Assembly: GCA_965207455.1 (NCBI GenBank) | Contig: CBDBMJ010000001.1 | Coordinates: 960,001-1,024,000 of the forward strand | From: Bdellovibrionota bacterium | Lineage (GTDB): Bacteria > Bdellovibrionota > UBA1018 > CAIPTA01 > JAALKR01 | Length of the DNA stretch: 64,000 nt | Reading direction: 5' to 3' | Shown here: one piece after another, positions 1 to 11,390 of the stretch | Numbering within the stretch: position 1 is the stretch's first letter | Layout: every line of letters begins with the position of its first letter | Made by a program: the position numbers and the translations under genes | The notes under the pieces: model-generated | Databases searched by the model: none | Seen by the model: the letters and a program-made list of their open reading frames with translations, nothing else | Told to the model about the DNA's origin: nothing

Positions 1-2
1 AC

Positions 3-1256
3 TCGTCTAGTGAAGATGAGAAAAAGAAATTTATAACTGAAAGAAAAAATTTAAGCAAAATATTGAAACTCGCTATAAGAAATAATGATCAGTACTACTT
101 CAAAAATTATTTCTCTCCCAATACGAAGGTTCACCATGAATTAGTGACAAATTCCAATGGATCCGAGTTTTTAAAGTGGAAAAATTCTGGGTTCCAGGAA
201 TCTCATTTTGTAAATATAAAGGTTCCTGAGAAGAACAAGAATATTAAGATATATGTCTCACGAAAAGGCTCCATAATGGGAGATACTGGCTGGTACGATT
301 GGTTCTTTCGTATTTTAAGAAGTATAGAGGAAGAAGAAAGAATATTGAGAAACTGGGGGTTGAAAATAAAAGTTCCTTCCCGTCATAATCCATCAGAAAC
401 CCCTTTCGGTGAAGCTCGTTGGAGAATTGCTTCTACACAAATAGATTATACAAAAAAATCAGATACAGAAGAAAAAGCTATCGGTATTGTTCAAGAATTT
501 TCTGGTGGTTGGAATAATTCTGAAACAAATACAATAAGTACTCTTAATAATTTTGTAAGAAATCTTCATTTTCTAGATATTCGACTAAATTTAAATGTAA
601 TAGATAGTTTTAAGCGAAAGTATGGAAAGATGGAGTCTTACCGAATGGAATCCACCGTAAATATATTTCAATCAGGATTAAATAAGATAAAAAATTTGAT
701 ATTGAGATCATCAGAAAAAAAGCTCTACAATCTTTTACTAGAAGCATACGGACACGGGGAAGAATATCCACGAAAAATAGGGAAAGAGAAATATACAGAC
801 TTTTGTATATATGCGCCAGCACCAAGCGGCGGTTTCATTTTTTCTGATGCAAACAAAGACCGCTATAGCCATTATAAAAACCATCCAAAAGCTAATTGTA
901 CAACTAAAAATTTAAATGATATTTTTAGATTACAGCATAAATTTCCTAAAAAAGGTATGAAGAAGCAGGCAAAATGGAATACAAAACTACTCTATGCTTT
1001 GAGTAGGGAAATGCCGGGAAAAGCATTTCTCAACTTTTTATCTAGAAATTTAAATAAAGAAGATTATGACCATAGTGTGAATGTGAGTGGATACTTAAAA
1101 GGAAATAAAGAGGCTGCTGGAAAAGAAAATGCTCACTTTTTCCAAGAAAATCTTGTGAGGTCTCAACGTAAGGAAACTGGTGGCTGGACTCGCTTCTACT
1201 CAAAAGAGCTGGGAATACCCGAAAGTGAGTTAAAAGTATCCAATAGCAAATTCTAG
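3..1256 (+). CDS. Hypothetical protein, 5'-truncated by the window edge
   Basis: The frame of ORF 63..1256 stays open back to base 3 (SSSEDEKKKFITERK...). AT-rich, Lys/Asn-rich, no family recognised. Confidence 0.6.
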   Translation, partial: SSSEDEKKKFITERKNLSKILKLAIRNNDQYYFKNYFSPNTKVHHELVTNSNGSEFLKWKNSGFQESHFVNIKVPEKNKNIKIYVSRKGSIMGDTGWYDWFFRILRSIEEEERILRNWGLKIKVPSRHNPSETPFGEARWRIASTQIDYTKKSDTEEKAIGIVQEFSGGWNNSETNTISTLNNFVRNLHFLDIRLNLNVIDSFKRKYGKMESYRMESTVNIFQSGLNKIKNLILRSSEKKLYNLLLEAYGHGEEYPRKIGKEKYTDFCIYAPAPSGGFIFSDANKDRYSHYKNHPKANCTTKNLNDIFRLQHKFPKKGMKKQAKWNTKLLYALSREMPGKAFLNFLSRNLNKEDYDHSVNVSGYLKGNKEAAGKENAHFFQENLVRSQRKETGGWTRFYSKELGIPESELKVSNSKF

Positions 1257-1324
1257 TAAAAACTCACTTAGGTGACTTCCTCTATAGATTTATCGCAACG
1301 CATTATGCAGTATATTATAAAAAA

Positions 1325-1339
1325 GTATTGATTCAATAC
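1325..1339. promoter_or_regulatory. Perfect 7-1-7 palindrome upstream of the suf operon (candidate operator)
   Basis: GTATTGA-T-TCAATAC, 16 bp before the sufC ORF start; regulator unknown. Confidence 0.35.
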
Positions 1340-1355
1340 GCTCAACTGACTATAC

Positions 1356-2141
1356 ATGAGAGAAAGTATGAATTCACCTTTATTAGAAATTAAAAACCTC
1401 CATGTGGAAGTAGAAGGAAAAGAAATTTTAAAGGGCATTTCCCTAACGATGAATCGTGGGGAAATTCACGCCATCATGGGCAGGAATGGCTCTGGGAAAA
1501 CCACCCTTGCCAACGTGGTTATGGGACACCCCCAGTATATCGTCACCCGTGGAGATATTCTATTAGCCGGGGAAAGCATTCTAAATCTTGCTCCCTACGA
1601 GCGCGCCAGAAAACGACTATTTTTGGCATTTCAATACCCAGTAGCTGTCCCTGGTATAAGCGTGGGTAATTTTTTACGAGCCTCCCTAAAAGCTGTTCGT
1701 GGAGATGAAATTCCTATAAAAGAAATGCGTCAACTTATCCGTACAGAAATGAAGCAAGTGGGAGTAAATGAAGATTTTCTAAAAAGGTTCCTAAATGATG
1801 GCTTCAGCGGTGGAGAAAAAAAACGATTAGAAATGCTACAAATGCAGCTGCTACAGCCCAAAGTAGCCATACTGGACGAAACTGATTCCGGTTTAGATAT
1901 TGACTCTTTAAAGAAAGTTTCCTCTGTAATTGAAGCTTGTAGAAACCCTAACCGCAGTATATTGCTTATCACTCACTACCAACGCCTACTTTCCCATGTG
2001 AAACCCGATCATGTACATGTATTACTAGATGGAAAAATAGTAAAAAGTGGCTGTTCATTATTAGCTGAAGAGTTAGAAAAAAAGGGCTACGATTGGGTGG
2101 AACCAGTAAAACCATCATCTTCAACAGCACCGAAGGAATAA
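1356..2141 (+). CDS. sufC: Fe-S cluster assembly ATPase SufC
   Basis: Walker A GRNGSGKT, FLAFQYP, LNDGFSGGEKKR, ILDETDSGLDID. Confidence 0.96.
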   Translation: MRESMNSPLLEIKNLHVEVEGKEILKGISLTMNRGEIHAIMGRNGSGKTTLANVVMGHPQYIVTRGDILLAGESILNLAPYERARKRLFLAFQYPVAVPGISVGNFLRASLKAVRGDEIPIKEMRQLIRTEMKQVGVNEDFLKRFLNDGFSGGEKKRLEMLQMQLLQPKVAILDETDSGLDIDSLKKVSSVIEACRNPNRSILLITHYQRLLSHVKPDHVHVLLDGKIVKSGCSLLAEELEKKGYDWVEPVKPSSSTAPKE

Positions 2142-2143
2142 GA

Positions 2144-3400
2144 ATGGATAGAATAAAAGAGCCCGATTGGCTTAGTGGACTTAGAACGAGTGCAAGTTTA
2201 AAATTCAAGTCCTTACCACCAATAAGTCATAATCAAGAGTCATTTAAATATACCTATATGGGAGACACAGACCTTTCCATTGCTCCTCATAATAGTTTCA
2301 GCAGCTCATTTCCCCATCATTTAAAGCAAAAAGCACCTAATGAGCTATTGCTTTGCCTTTATGGTCCTAGGCGAGAAGAGTTATTTTCAGATAATACGAA
2401 ACAACTTATTTTCTCAGATCTATTGAGTGCTTTAGAAAAAAATCCAGCACTTGTGGAAAAACACATGTCTACGCCCTCTTCTTTTCAAGAAGATAAGCTA
2501 GCTCAATTAGCAATTGCTTCCTGGGGAAATGGCGCTTTTATCCATATTCCCGACGAAACAAAAATTTCCCCTACTCTAAAAGTGCGCCATTATTTCACTG
2601 CTGAACAAAAATGCTTGCAAAATCGAAGTATTATTATTTTAGGGAAAAATTCAGAATGTACCATTGTGGAAGAAATGCATGGAGACGACTCCAAAGAAAC
2701 GCTCTTATCCAATGGTTTACTTGATGTTTTTCTAGGTGAAAATGCAAAATTAAAATATATATATTTGCAATTTTTTGGAGAAAACACCCAAGGGTTTTCC
2801 CGTCAACAATTTTCTTTATCTAAAGATGCATCCATGGAAGCTGTTCACATACAGATTGGAGGAAAGAAAATACAACAACGAGTAGATGTGAATTTAAAAG
2901 AAAATGGATCTACTGCAAATATGTGGGCAATGGCTCAAGGAAATAAAACCCAACATTTAGATTCTATTACTAATGTATACCATCGAGGTAAAAATACAAC
3001 AAGTAAGCTAGAACATTTTTCAATTCTTTCTGAAAAATCAAATTCGGTATTTAATGCTTTAGCCAATGTAAAAGAATCTGCACTCAATAGTAATGTGAGT
3101 CAAAAAAGTCGCTGTCTTTTACTATCGGATAAAGCTCGTGCCCATGGCATGCCTAAACTTATTGTTAAAACAAATGAACTAGTTTGCTACCATGGATTCA
3201 GCACAAGCCGCATAGATAAAGAACAAATGTATTATCTAGAAAGCCGTGGAATTGACCCCCAACAATCTCTAAAAATGTCATTGCAAAGCTTTGCAACACC
3301 GGTAATCTCCAAATTACCTACCCAAGAGTTGCAAGATCAAGTCTTCAGTACATTAGAAAAAAAATATTTTTCAAACGATGAGTACCTCCTATATGCTTAA
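2144..3400 (+). CDS. sufD: Fe-S cluster assembly protein SufD
   Basis: SufBD beta-helix features, C-terminal PKL...CYHG...YYLESRGI; start placed at the ATG 2 nt after the sufC stop. Confidence 0.85.
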   Translation: MDRIKEPDWLSGLRTSASLKFKSLPPISHNQESFKYTYMGDTDLSIAPHNSFSSSFPHHLKQKAPNELLLCLYGPRREELFSDNTKQLIFSDLLSALEKNPALVEKHMSTPSSFQEDKLAQLAIASWGNGAFIHIPDETKISPTLKVRHYFTAEQKCLQNRSIIILGKNSECTIVEEMHGDDSKETLLSNGLLDVFLGENAKLKYIYLQFFGENTQGFSRQQFSLSKDASMEAVHIQIGGKKIQQRVDVNLKENGSTANMWAMAQGNKTQHLDSITNVYHRGKNTTSKLEHFSILSEKSNSVFNALANVKESALNSNVSQKSRCLLLSDKARAHGMPKLIVKTNELVCYHGFSTSRIDKEQMYYLESRGIDPQQSLKMSLQSFATPVISKLPTQELQDQVFSTLEKKYFSNDEYLLYA

Positions 3401-4622
3401 TACTTTTCCCATAGAAACTATTCGAAAGGACTTTCCCATTCTTTCCCAAAAAATTCGAGGAAAAAATTTAGTGTACCTAGATAGTGCCAATAGCTCTCAG
3501 CGGCCCAGTGCTGTTTTAAATAAAATTGAAGAAATCTATTCCATGAGTTATGCTAACGTCCATCGAGGAAATCATTTTCTTAGCAGTAGGATTTCCGACG
3601 AATACGAAAATTCTCGCAGAACAGTGGCAAGCTTTTTGGGAACTCCCAATGAAAAAGAAATTATATTTACACGAGGTACTACAGAATCCATAAACCTCGT
3701 TGCCCATGCTTGGGGTAGAAAACATATTCAAGCAGGAGATGTTATCGCAGTAACCGCAATGGAGCATCACTCCAATTTTGTACCATGGCAGATTTTAGCC
3801 CAAGAAAAAGGAGCAAAATTTTGTATTGTGGAGCTCAATAGTGAAGGTCTTTTAGATGAAAATGACTTTGAACGCATACTAAATATGAAACCTAAACTCC
3901 TAGCCATTACGCACATGAGTAATGTGCTGGGAACAATCCTTCCATTATCTAAACTAACAAAAAAAGCCAAACAAGCGGGTGCTACCGTATTTGTAGATGG
4001 AGCTCAAAGCATAGTTCACCTACCCAGTACTCTTTCAGATATGGGGCCCATTGATTTTTTTGCTTTTTCCTCTCATAAAATTTATGGACCCACAGGAATT
4101 GGCGTGCTTTGGGGAAAGCAAGATGTCTTGGAAAGTATGCCTCCCCATTACTATGGAGGAGCAATGATTTCCCATGTGGGAGATCAAGAAAGTACTTGGA
4201 CAGATTTGCCCTGGAGATTAGAGGCAGGAACCCCTCATATCGTCGGAGCCATAAGTCTCGCCACCGCATTGAATTATATGGATAAAATAGGACGCGAGGC
4301 AATTTACTCCTATGAACAGGATCTAACAAAATACGCCTTGGCTGAGCTACAAAATATGAAAAATCTTTCTTTATTTGGATCCAGAGAAAATCAAAACTCT
4401 GTCATCAGTTTTGCCATCGATGGCGTACACCATAATGATGTAGCGAGTTTTTTAGATATGGAGGGAATTGCAGTTCGTGCAGGCCACCACTGCACTCAGC
4501 CACTGATGCGTAGACTGGGAGTGGATGGAACCTGTAGAGCAAGTTTTGCTCTATATACCACTAAAAAAGAGATAGATTTTTTTATTGAAAAATTAAACCA
4601 AGCTAAAAAGACTTTTTTATAA
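3378..4622 (+). CDS. sufS: Cysteine desulfurase SufS
   Basis: IRKDFPIL, YLDSA, NVHRG, FSSHKIYGPTG (PLP Lys), RAGHHC (catalytic Cys). Confidence 0.95.
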   Translation: MSTSYMLNTFPIETIRKDFPILSQKIRGKNLVYLDSANSSQRPSAVLNKIEEIYSMSYANVHRGNHFLSSRISDEYENSRRTVASFLGTPNEKEIIFTRGTTESINLVAHAWGRKHIQAGDVIAVTAMEHHSNFVPWQILAQEKGAKFCIVELNSEGLLDENDFERILNMKPKLLAITHMSNVLGTILPLSKLTKKAKQAGATVFVDGAQSIVHLPSTLSDMGPIDFFAFSSHKIYGPTGIGVLWGKQDVLESMPPHYYGGAMISHVGDQESTWTDLPWRLEAGTPHIVGAISLATALNYMDKIGREAIYSYEQDLTKYALAELQNMKNLSLFGSRENQNSVISFAIDGVHHNDVASFLDMEGIAVRAGHHCTQPLMRRLGVDGTCRASFALYTTKKEIDFFIEKLNQAKKTFL

Positions 4623-4635
4623 AAAAGGAGATATA

Positions 4636-4935
4636 ATGGAACCGAAAGAATTAATGGAATGGCTACAGCCAGTAGAAGACCCAGAATTATTTATGAGCAT
4701 TGTAGATTTAGGTTTAATTTATAAAGCTCAAGTTGACAATGGAGTGGCCACAATTGAAATGACACTTACTAGCCCAGGTTGTCCCGCAGGAGATTATATT
4801 GTGAACTCTATTAAAACGCGTGCAGAAGAACATAAGAAAGTTAAAACTGCAACTGTGGAAATTGTATGGGAACCGAAATGGGACCCATCCACAATGGCAT
4901 CAGAAGAAGCTAAAGATAAACTAGGAATTTGGTAA
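4636..4935 (+). CDS. sufT: SufT/PaaD-like (DUF59) Fe-S assembly protein
   Basis: [15 protein letters not shown] and MTLTSPGCP motifs. Confidence 0.88.
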   Translation: MEPKELMEWLQPVEDPELFMSIVDLGLIYKAQVDNGVATIEMTLTSPGCPAGDYIVNSIKTRAEEHKKVKTATVEIVWEPKWDPSTMASEEAKDKLGIW

Positions 4936-4955
4936 TTAATATAGGAAACCGTACT

Positions 4956-6392
4956 ATGAATGCTGATATTAAGAAAAAAATAAATAAAAAATATGAATAT
5001 GGATTTGTTACTGATATTGAATCAGAACAAGCAAGCCCTGGAATTAATGAAGATATTATTCAATTTATATCCCAAAAAAAACAAGAACCAAAATGGATGC
5101 TGGAATGGCGTTTAAAAGCATATAACAAGTGGAAAGATATGAAAGAGCCAACTTGGGCCTATCTTAACTATACTCCCATAAAATATAACGACATTATTTA
5201 TTATTCTGCGCCTAAACAAAAAAAAGAATTAAAAAGCTTAAACGAAGTAGACCCTAAATTATTGGAAACATATGAAAAATTAGGCATACCTCTGCAAGAA
5301 CAAAAACGACTTTCTGGTGTTGCCATGGATGTGGTCTTCGACTCCATATCAGTGGTTACAACACAAAGAGAAACTTTAAAAAAGGCAGGCGTTATTTTTT
5401 GTTCTATTTCAGAAGCAATTCGAAAATATCCTGAACTAATAAAGAAATATATGGGGTCAGTTGTACCCATTTCAGATAATTACTTTTCAGCACTTAATTC
5501 TGCTGTGTTCACCGATGGTTCCTTTTGTTATATACCTAAGGGAGTAAAATGCCCCTTAGATTTATCTACTTATTTTCGTATCAATGCAGAAGGTACGGGT
5601 CAATTTGAACGAACACTGCTTATTGCAGACGAAGGAAGTGAGGTCTCTTATTTAGAGGGCTGTACAGCACCTCAACGAGACGAAAACCAACTGCATGCCG
5701 CTGTTGTTGAACTAATAGCCCATAAAGACGCAACCATTAAATATACAACTGTTCAAAACTGGTATGCCGGCGATGAAAATGGTAAGGGGGGGATCTATAA
5801 TTTTGTTACCAAACGTGGGCTGTGTGAAGGGAATTCTTCCTTTATCTCTTGGACTCAAGTGGAAACAGGCTCATCCATTACTTGGAAATATCCAAGCTGT
5901 ATTTTAAAGGGAGATTATTCCAGAGGAGAATTTTATTCGGTAGCCATTACTAATAATAAAATGCAGGCAGATACTGGTACTAAAATGATTCATGTGGGAA
6001 AGGGCACCACTAGCCATATTCTTTCCAAAGGAATTTCTGCCCAATCTGGCATAAACTCCTACCGTGGTGAAGTAAGTATTCTTCCAAATGCACAAAATGC
6101 TAGAAATCACACCCAATGCGATTCCCTACTCCTAGGAGGAAAATGCCAAGCAAACACCTTTCCCCATATCAGCATAAAAAATAAATCTGCCATTGTTGAG
6201 CATGAAGCCACAGCCTCCAAGGTGGAAGAAGAACAACTTTTTTACCTGCAATCTAGGGGAATAAATGAGCAAGATGCTACTAAATTAATCATAAACGGCT
6301 ATTGTGAAGAAGTTTTCAATCATTTACCCATGGAATTTTCCATTGAAGCCAACCGTCTGTTAGACTTAAAGTTAGAGGGCTGTATTGGATAA
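4956..6392 (+). CDS. sufB: Fe-S cluster assembly scaffold SufB
   Basis: [45 protein letters not shown]-terminus; ATG at 4956. Confidence 0.96.
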   Translation: MNADIKKKINKKYEYGFVTDIESEQASPGINEDIIQFISQKKQEPKWMLEWRLKAYNKWKDMKEPTWAYLNYTPIKYNDIIYYSAPKQKKELKSLNEVDPKLLETYEKLGIPLQEQKRLSGVAMDVVFDSISVVTTQRETLKKAGVIFCSISEAIRKYPELIKKYMGSVVPISDNYFSALNSAVFTDGSFCYIPKGVKCPLDLSTYFRINAEGTGQFERTLLIADEGSEVSYLEGCTAPQRDENQLHAAVVELIAHKDATIKYTTVQNWYAGDENGKGGIYNFVTKRGLCEGNSSFISWTQVETGSSITWKYPSCILKGDYSRGEFYSVAITNNKMQADTGTKMIHVGKGTTSHILSKGISAQSGINSYRGEVSILPNAQNARNHTQCDSLLLGGKCQANTFPHISIKNKSAIVEHEATASKVEEEQLFYLQSRGINEQDATKLIINGYCEEVFNHLPMEFSIEANRLLDLKLEGCIG

Positions 6393-6412
6393 CTATTGGA
6401 AGTCTTACATTA

Positions 6413-7606
6413 ATGAACCCAAATATTCGTAATTACTGCTATTTTCAAATTTTTTTTGGGCTACTATTTTGGATGCCTGTCTTTTATATTTTCCAAAATA
6501 AAGTTGGCATGAGTGATGGAGAAATCTTTCACATTCAAGGGATATATTATTTATTTTTTTGTTTATTAGAAATTCCTAAAAAATTAATAGTCAATCGATT
6601 TTCTTCAAAAAAAATACTATTTATAGGAACCCTAATATTAATTATATCCACAGCCATCCCCATTGGGAATTATTATTATACTATTTTCCCCACTTACTAT
6701 TCAGCCTTTCTCATCCATTTTATACTCATTGCCTTGGCACGATCTTTAGTGGATGTGGCATCTTTTTCTTGGTTATATGAATATATGAATAAAGAAAATA
6801 TTATGGACCAATACGAAGATACCCACAAAAGAGTATATTCTTTATCTTTATACAGCCGGGTTCTTGCCTGGGTTCCCATTGGCTGGTTAATCGGACTGGA
6901 ACTTACCATTCCCTATATTCTTTCTTTTATAGCAAGTATCATCGCTCTATATTTTGTTACAAAGCTTATTGAAATACCTCCAAGGAAGAAAAGCTATAAA
7001 AATAATTTTTCAAACCTAAGAATCCATGCCTCATCTCCTTGGATATGGCTTCTTTTACTCCAAAGCATGAGTGTTTTTATTGTTATGCAAATTATTTGTA
7101 CGAATCTGTACCAACCTATTTTGTACTTTAAGTCCGTTAATATAAGCACTCTGGGTTGGGGGCTTGCTTTAATGGCTATTTTTGAAATTATTGGCAACAC
7201 TCAAAGTCATACATTTTTAAGAAAAATAAAAAATAGAAACACTGTCCTTATTTTTGGAATCCTACTCCCCACTTATGTACTATTTATGCCATTTATGGGC
7301 ACTACGGGCACATTATTCCTATTGATTTTATGCTCCATGACCTACGGTTACCTCTATCCATTGATTCGAGAAATGTTAGAAAAAAGTATCAATAATTTCA
7401 ATGAGTACCAAACAATTATTACCTTTGAATCCATGGTCAATCGACTGGGCTGTGCTTTGGTTTTATTTTTAGCCTCTGGTTTTTTAAATAAAAATCACTT
7501 GCCATTATTTTTGATGATTTTTTCCTTAACTGTAATTTTAATTATTAGTATCACTTATTTAGCCATCCGTTACTATTCAAAAAATAATGCAAAGGTTCCG
7601 TTATAG
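6413..7606 (+). CDS. MFS transporter
   Basis: About 12 hydrophobic segments in 397 aa; LLEIP motif typical of MFS_1-like permeases. Confidence 0.75.
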   Translation: MNPNIRNYCYFQIFFGLLFWMPVFYIFQNKVGMSDGEIFHIQGIYYLFFCLLEIPKKLIVNRFSSKKILFIGTLILIISTAIPIGNYYYTIFPTYYSAFLIHFILIALARSLVDVASFSWLYEYMNKENIMDQYEDTHKRVYSLSLYSRVLAWVPIGWLIGLELTIPYILSFIASIIALYFVTKLIEIPPRKKSYKNNFSNLRIHASSPWIWLLLLQSMSVFIVMQIICTNLYQPILYFKSVNISTLGWGLALMAIFEIIGNTQSHTFLRKIKNRNTVLIFGILLPTYVLFMPFMGTTGTLFLLILCSMTYGYLYPLIREMLEKSINNFNEYQTIITFESMVNRLGCALVLFLASGFLNKNHLPLFLMIFSLTVILIISITYLAIRYYSKNNAKVPL

Positions 7607-7634
7607 AGAGTATAGGATGGAGGGAGAGGGGATA

Positions 7635-9955
7635 CTACTTATCCTTCTTTGCTGTACTTTTGGCTGTAATTTTTGTAGCCTTTATTTTTCTTTGAGTATT
7701 ATTTTTCTTGCTCTCTACCTTGGGTGGCAGGGAGGCATACTCAAAATGAATTTCATTTTTCACAATGGAAAGGTCCACTCTACCACCCTTTTCCAATAAA
7801 CCAAAAAGAAGCTCTTCCACAATATTCTTTTTTATTTTTTCTTGAATAAGCCTATGAATAGGACGAGCTCCATACTTACTGTTATATCCTTTTTCTGCTA
7901 GCCATTCCCTTACTTCAACTGATGCAGAAAATACTACTGATTTTTTATTCAGCAATTGCTCCAATTCAATAAGAAACTTATCTACCACATTTAGTATATT
8001 CTTTTTCTCTAAGTTATTGAAATGTATCATTCCGTCTAAACGATTAATAAATTCAGGGGAGAATGTTCGTTTAATCACATTAATCGCTTTCCCCTTGTCG
8101 CTTGGACTAAAACCAATGGAGTTTTGAGCTTGCTCATAAGCTCCTGCATTAGTTGTCATTATGATAATACAGTGTCTGAAATTTGATTTTTTACCATTAT
8201 TATCGGTAAGAAAACCATAATCCAAAACTTGAAGCAAGATATTATTTAGGTCTGGATGGGCCTTTTCGATCTCATCTAAGAGAAGAACAGAGTGGGGATG
8301 TTTATTTATTTCTTCAGTCAATAAACCACCTTGGTCAAATCCCACATAACCCGGAGGAGCGCCAATTAAACGGGAAACAGCATGTTTTTCCATGTACTCA
8401 CTCATATCAAAACGTGCAAAATGAATCCCCAAAGCACTGGATAATTGTTTTGCTAGTTCAGTTTTTCCCACACCCGTAGGGCCTGCAAATAAAAAAGAAC
8501 TTATGGGTTTCTCCTCTGTACTTAAACCTGATTTACTTAATTTAATGGCTGAACATATTTTTGTAATAGCTTCATCTTGACCAAAAATAAGTATTTTTAA
8601 ATCCCGCTCCAGATTGCGAAGTTTATTTTTATAGTCTGTTGTTACCGACTGTAAGGGAATATTGGCTTGTTTTGCCATAATGCTTTCAATATCTTTTTCC
8701 GTAATTACCGATTTACGCTTACTTTTTGGCAATAATCTATTAGCTGATCCTGCTTCATCTATAATATCAATCGCCTTGTCTGGTAAAAACCTGTCGTGAA
8801 TATGCTTTTGAGATAACTCCACTGCCGAAGTAATGGCTCTAGTGGAATATTTCACATCATGATGTTTTTCAAAATACAGTTTTAAACCAATTAGAATTTT
8901 AACAGAATCACTCACATTGGGTTCAGAAACATCAACCTTTTGAAATCGACGGGAAAATGCCGCATTTTTTGAAAAAACATTGCGGAATTCTTGATAAGTT
9001 GTACTACCAATACATTTTAATTCTCCAGAATTGAGAACAGGCTTGAGCATATTGGAAGAATCCATTGCTCCTTCCGTGGCACCAGCGCCAATAATAGTAT
9101 GTATTTCATCAATAAATAATACGGAATTTTCATTCTGTTTTAATTCTTCAATTATTTTTTTAAATCGGTCTTCAAATTCCCCACGAAATTTTGTGCCTGC
9201 TAGGAGCGCTCCTAAATCTAGATTAAAAATAGTGATATCTTTTAAAAGAGCAGGTACCTTTCCTTGTACAATTTTCTCTGCTAAACCTTCCACAATGGCA
9301 GTCTTCCCAACTCCTGGTTCTCCCACAAGAATGGGATTGTTCTTCTTACGACGACATAGCACCTGCATAAGGCGCTCAATTTCTTTCTCTCTACCATGAG
9401 AGTGTCGATTTTTCCAGCCTTAGCCTTCAAGTTCATATTAACTGTAAATTGCTCTAAAGTGGTTTTTTGCTTTTCTAACTTGGACTCTTCGTCGTCGTCA
9501 TATACTTCTTCCTCATTAGATTCTTCTTCATATTTTTTAATTCCATGAGCAACATAACTTAATAAATCAATCTTCGATATATCTTGACGTTTTAGGAGAA
9601 AAAGCGCATAGGATTCTTCCTCATGAAACATATGAATTAAAATATCAGCACCCGTGACTTCTTCACGACTCGAATGTTGCGCATGAATCACTGCACGTTG
9701 AATAGTACGGTTAAAACTATTGGTGGGCTGAGCAGGACGATCGTTGGCTTTTTTCAATACCTCTTCATTAAAAAACTGCTCTAATTCTTCTTTTAAAACT
9801 TGATTGTTTACTCTACAGGCCTTCAAGGCCAATATGGCATCCGGATCAAAAAGTAAGGTGTAGAGCAGGTGCTCTAAGGTAACGTACTCGTGGGAACGTT
9901 TATTAGCCTCTTCAAAAGCTCGATTAATCGCTGCCTCTAGTGTGGGAGTAATCAC
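7635..9955 (-). pseudogene. clpA: ATP-dependent Clp protease ATPase ClpA, split by a 1-nt frameshift near 9396
   Basis: N-domain in ORF 9281..9955 (HEYVTLEHLL); two AAA+ modules in ORF 7635..9368 (GEPGVGKT, GPTGVGKTE). Junction reads GKIDTL-AT-GREKEIER, one base short. May be a sequencing error. Confidence 0.9.
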
Positions 9956-10287
9956 GCATCCACCTCCTCTATCCTACAGCGCAAAGGAAACTCATACTTC
10001 TTTGCATGTTCCTGCACCTGATCTGCCTTGGTTTCGGCAATTTCTTTGGAATACTGACCACAAAGGCCTTTCCCTTTTTCATGTACCTGCAACATAATTT
10101 CCGTAGCCTCTAGCTCTGTCTTCTGAAAAAATACTACTAGAACATCCACCACAAAGTCCATGGGCGTAAAGTCATCATTTAAAATAAATACCCCATATGA
10201 AGAAGGTCTTGCCACCCTCTCTTTGACTGCTGTAGTTCCCTCGCTTTGGGGTCGGCTTGTTTTTTTATCGTTATGTGTCATATTCAT
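9952..10287 (-). CDS. clpS: Clp protease adaptor ClpS
   Basis: ILNDDFTPMDFVV, MLQVHEKGKG, FPLRC; overlaps the clpA start. Confidence 0.95.
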   Translation of the reverse strand: MNMTHNDKKTSRPQSEGTTAVKERVARPSSYGVFILNDDFTPMDFVVDVLVVFFQKTELEATEIMLQVHEKGKGLCGQYSKEIAETKADQVQEHAKKYEFPLRCRIEEVDA

Positions 10288-10409
10288 ACTCAGTATACAA
10301 TAAATGCCTCAAGTACGCCATGCTTGATAAAAATAGACTGCTAATGGCCGCTTAAAAGTATTATACATTGAGCGAGAAATGGTGTATGCAACGTTTACGG
10401 TAGGTTTTT

Positions 10410-11390
10410 ATGTTTTTTGAAGGTCCAGAAAAAAAAATTGAACTCCATATTTCCACCACAGAGCCTTCTCTGCGTGGTTGGGGCTATCCCTTCTGGGAAA
10501 GCGTGGTGAAGAAGGCAAAAGCCACTGTGCTTTCTAAAATATCCAATGAAAATTGTGATGCTTATCTTTTGTCTGAATCCAGTTTATTTGTCTATGATCA
10601 TAAAGTACTAATCATCACCTGCGGCTCCACCACCTTAGTGTATTCCTTGCTAGAGGTTCTTGAGCGTATTCCTCACCACACCATAGAATTTTTATCCTTT
10701 GAGCGAAAAGATGAAAGTTATCCTCAGCTACAGGCCACAAATTTTGAAAAAGATGTGGAGATTTTACAAAAAAAAATAGATGGAAATAGTCTGTACTTGG
10801 GCAGTCCCGAGGGACGGCATATAGCACTTTTCTATTTAAACAAAACCTATTCTCCTCCCACAGAAGACATAACCATAGAGGTGCTTATGAGTGGCATTGG
10901 AGAGAACTCAAAAAAGATTTTCTCCCTAGGACCGGATGCTATTACAGCAAAAGAATTACGGAAAAAAAGTGGCTTAAATGATCTTATTCCAGGCTTTACC
11001 ATAGATGATCACCTTTTTAACCCCTGTGGTTATTCCTTGAATGCAATCCAAGGTGCCTATTACTATAGTATTCATGTTACCCCTCAAGATCCTGGATCCT
11101 ATATAAGCTTTGAAACAAATTACCCCTTTCCTGTAAAAAACAACCCATCTTCTATTGAGAATACATTGAACAAACTGTTTTCCATCTTTACACCGAAATC
11201 CTACAATCTCCTTTGTTTTCATAAAAACCCATTATTTAAAGTAGCTCAACATAAAAACTTTGAACTCCATGAAGAAATTTTAAAAAAATTAGGGTGCGGC
11301 TATTATATTCATTTTTACGACTATGCACGAACTATGGAGCTACCTGTGCAAAAAGATGTAGCTGCCTTTCAATTGGAGGAATTGTCTTGA
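10410..11390 (+). CDS. speD: S-adenosylmethionine decarboxylase proenzyme, eukaryote-like long form
   Basis: FEGPEK, YLLSESSLFV (pyruvoyl self-cleavage site), TCG, FNPCGYSLN, IHVTPQ, YISFETN; adjacent to spermidine synthase. Confidence 0.9.
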   Translation: MFFEGPEKKIELHISTTEPSLRGWGYPFWESVVKKAKATVLSKISNENCDAYLLSESSLFVYDHKVLIITCGSTTLVYSLLEVLERIPHHTIEFLSFERKDESYPQLQATNFEKDVEILQKKIDGNSLYLGSPEGRHIALFYLNKTYSPPTEDITIEVLMSGIGENSKKIFSLGPDAITAKELRKKSGLNDLIPGFTIDDHLFNPCGYSLNAIQGAYYYSIHVTPQDPGSYISFETNYPFPVKNNPSSIENTLNKLFSIFTPKSYNLLCFHKNPLFKVAQHKNFELHEEILKKLGCGYYIHFYDYARTMELPVQKDVAAFQLEELS

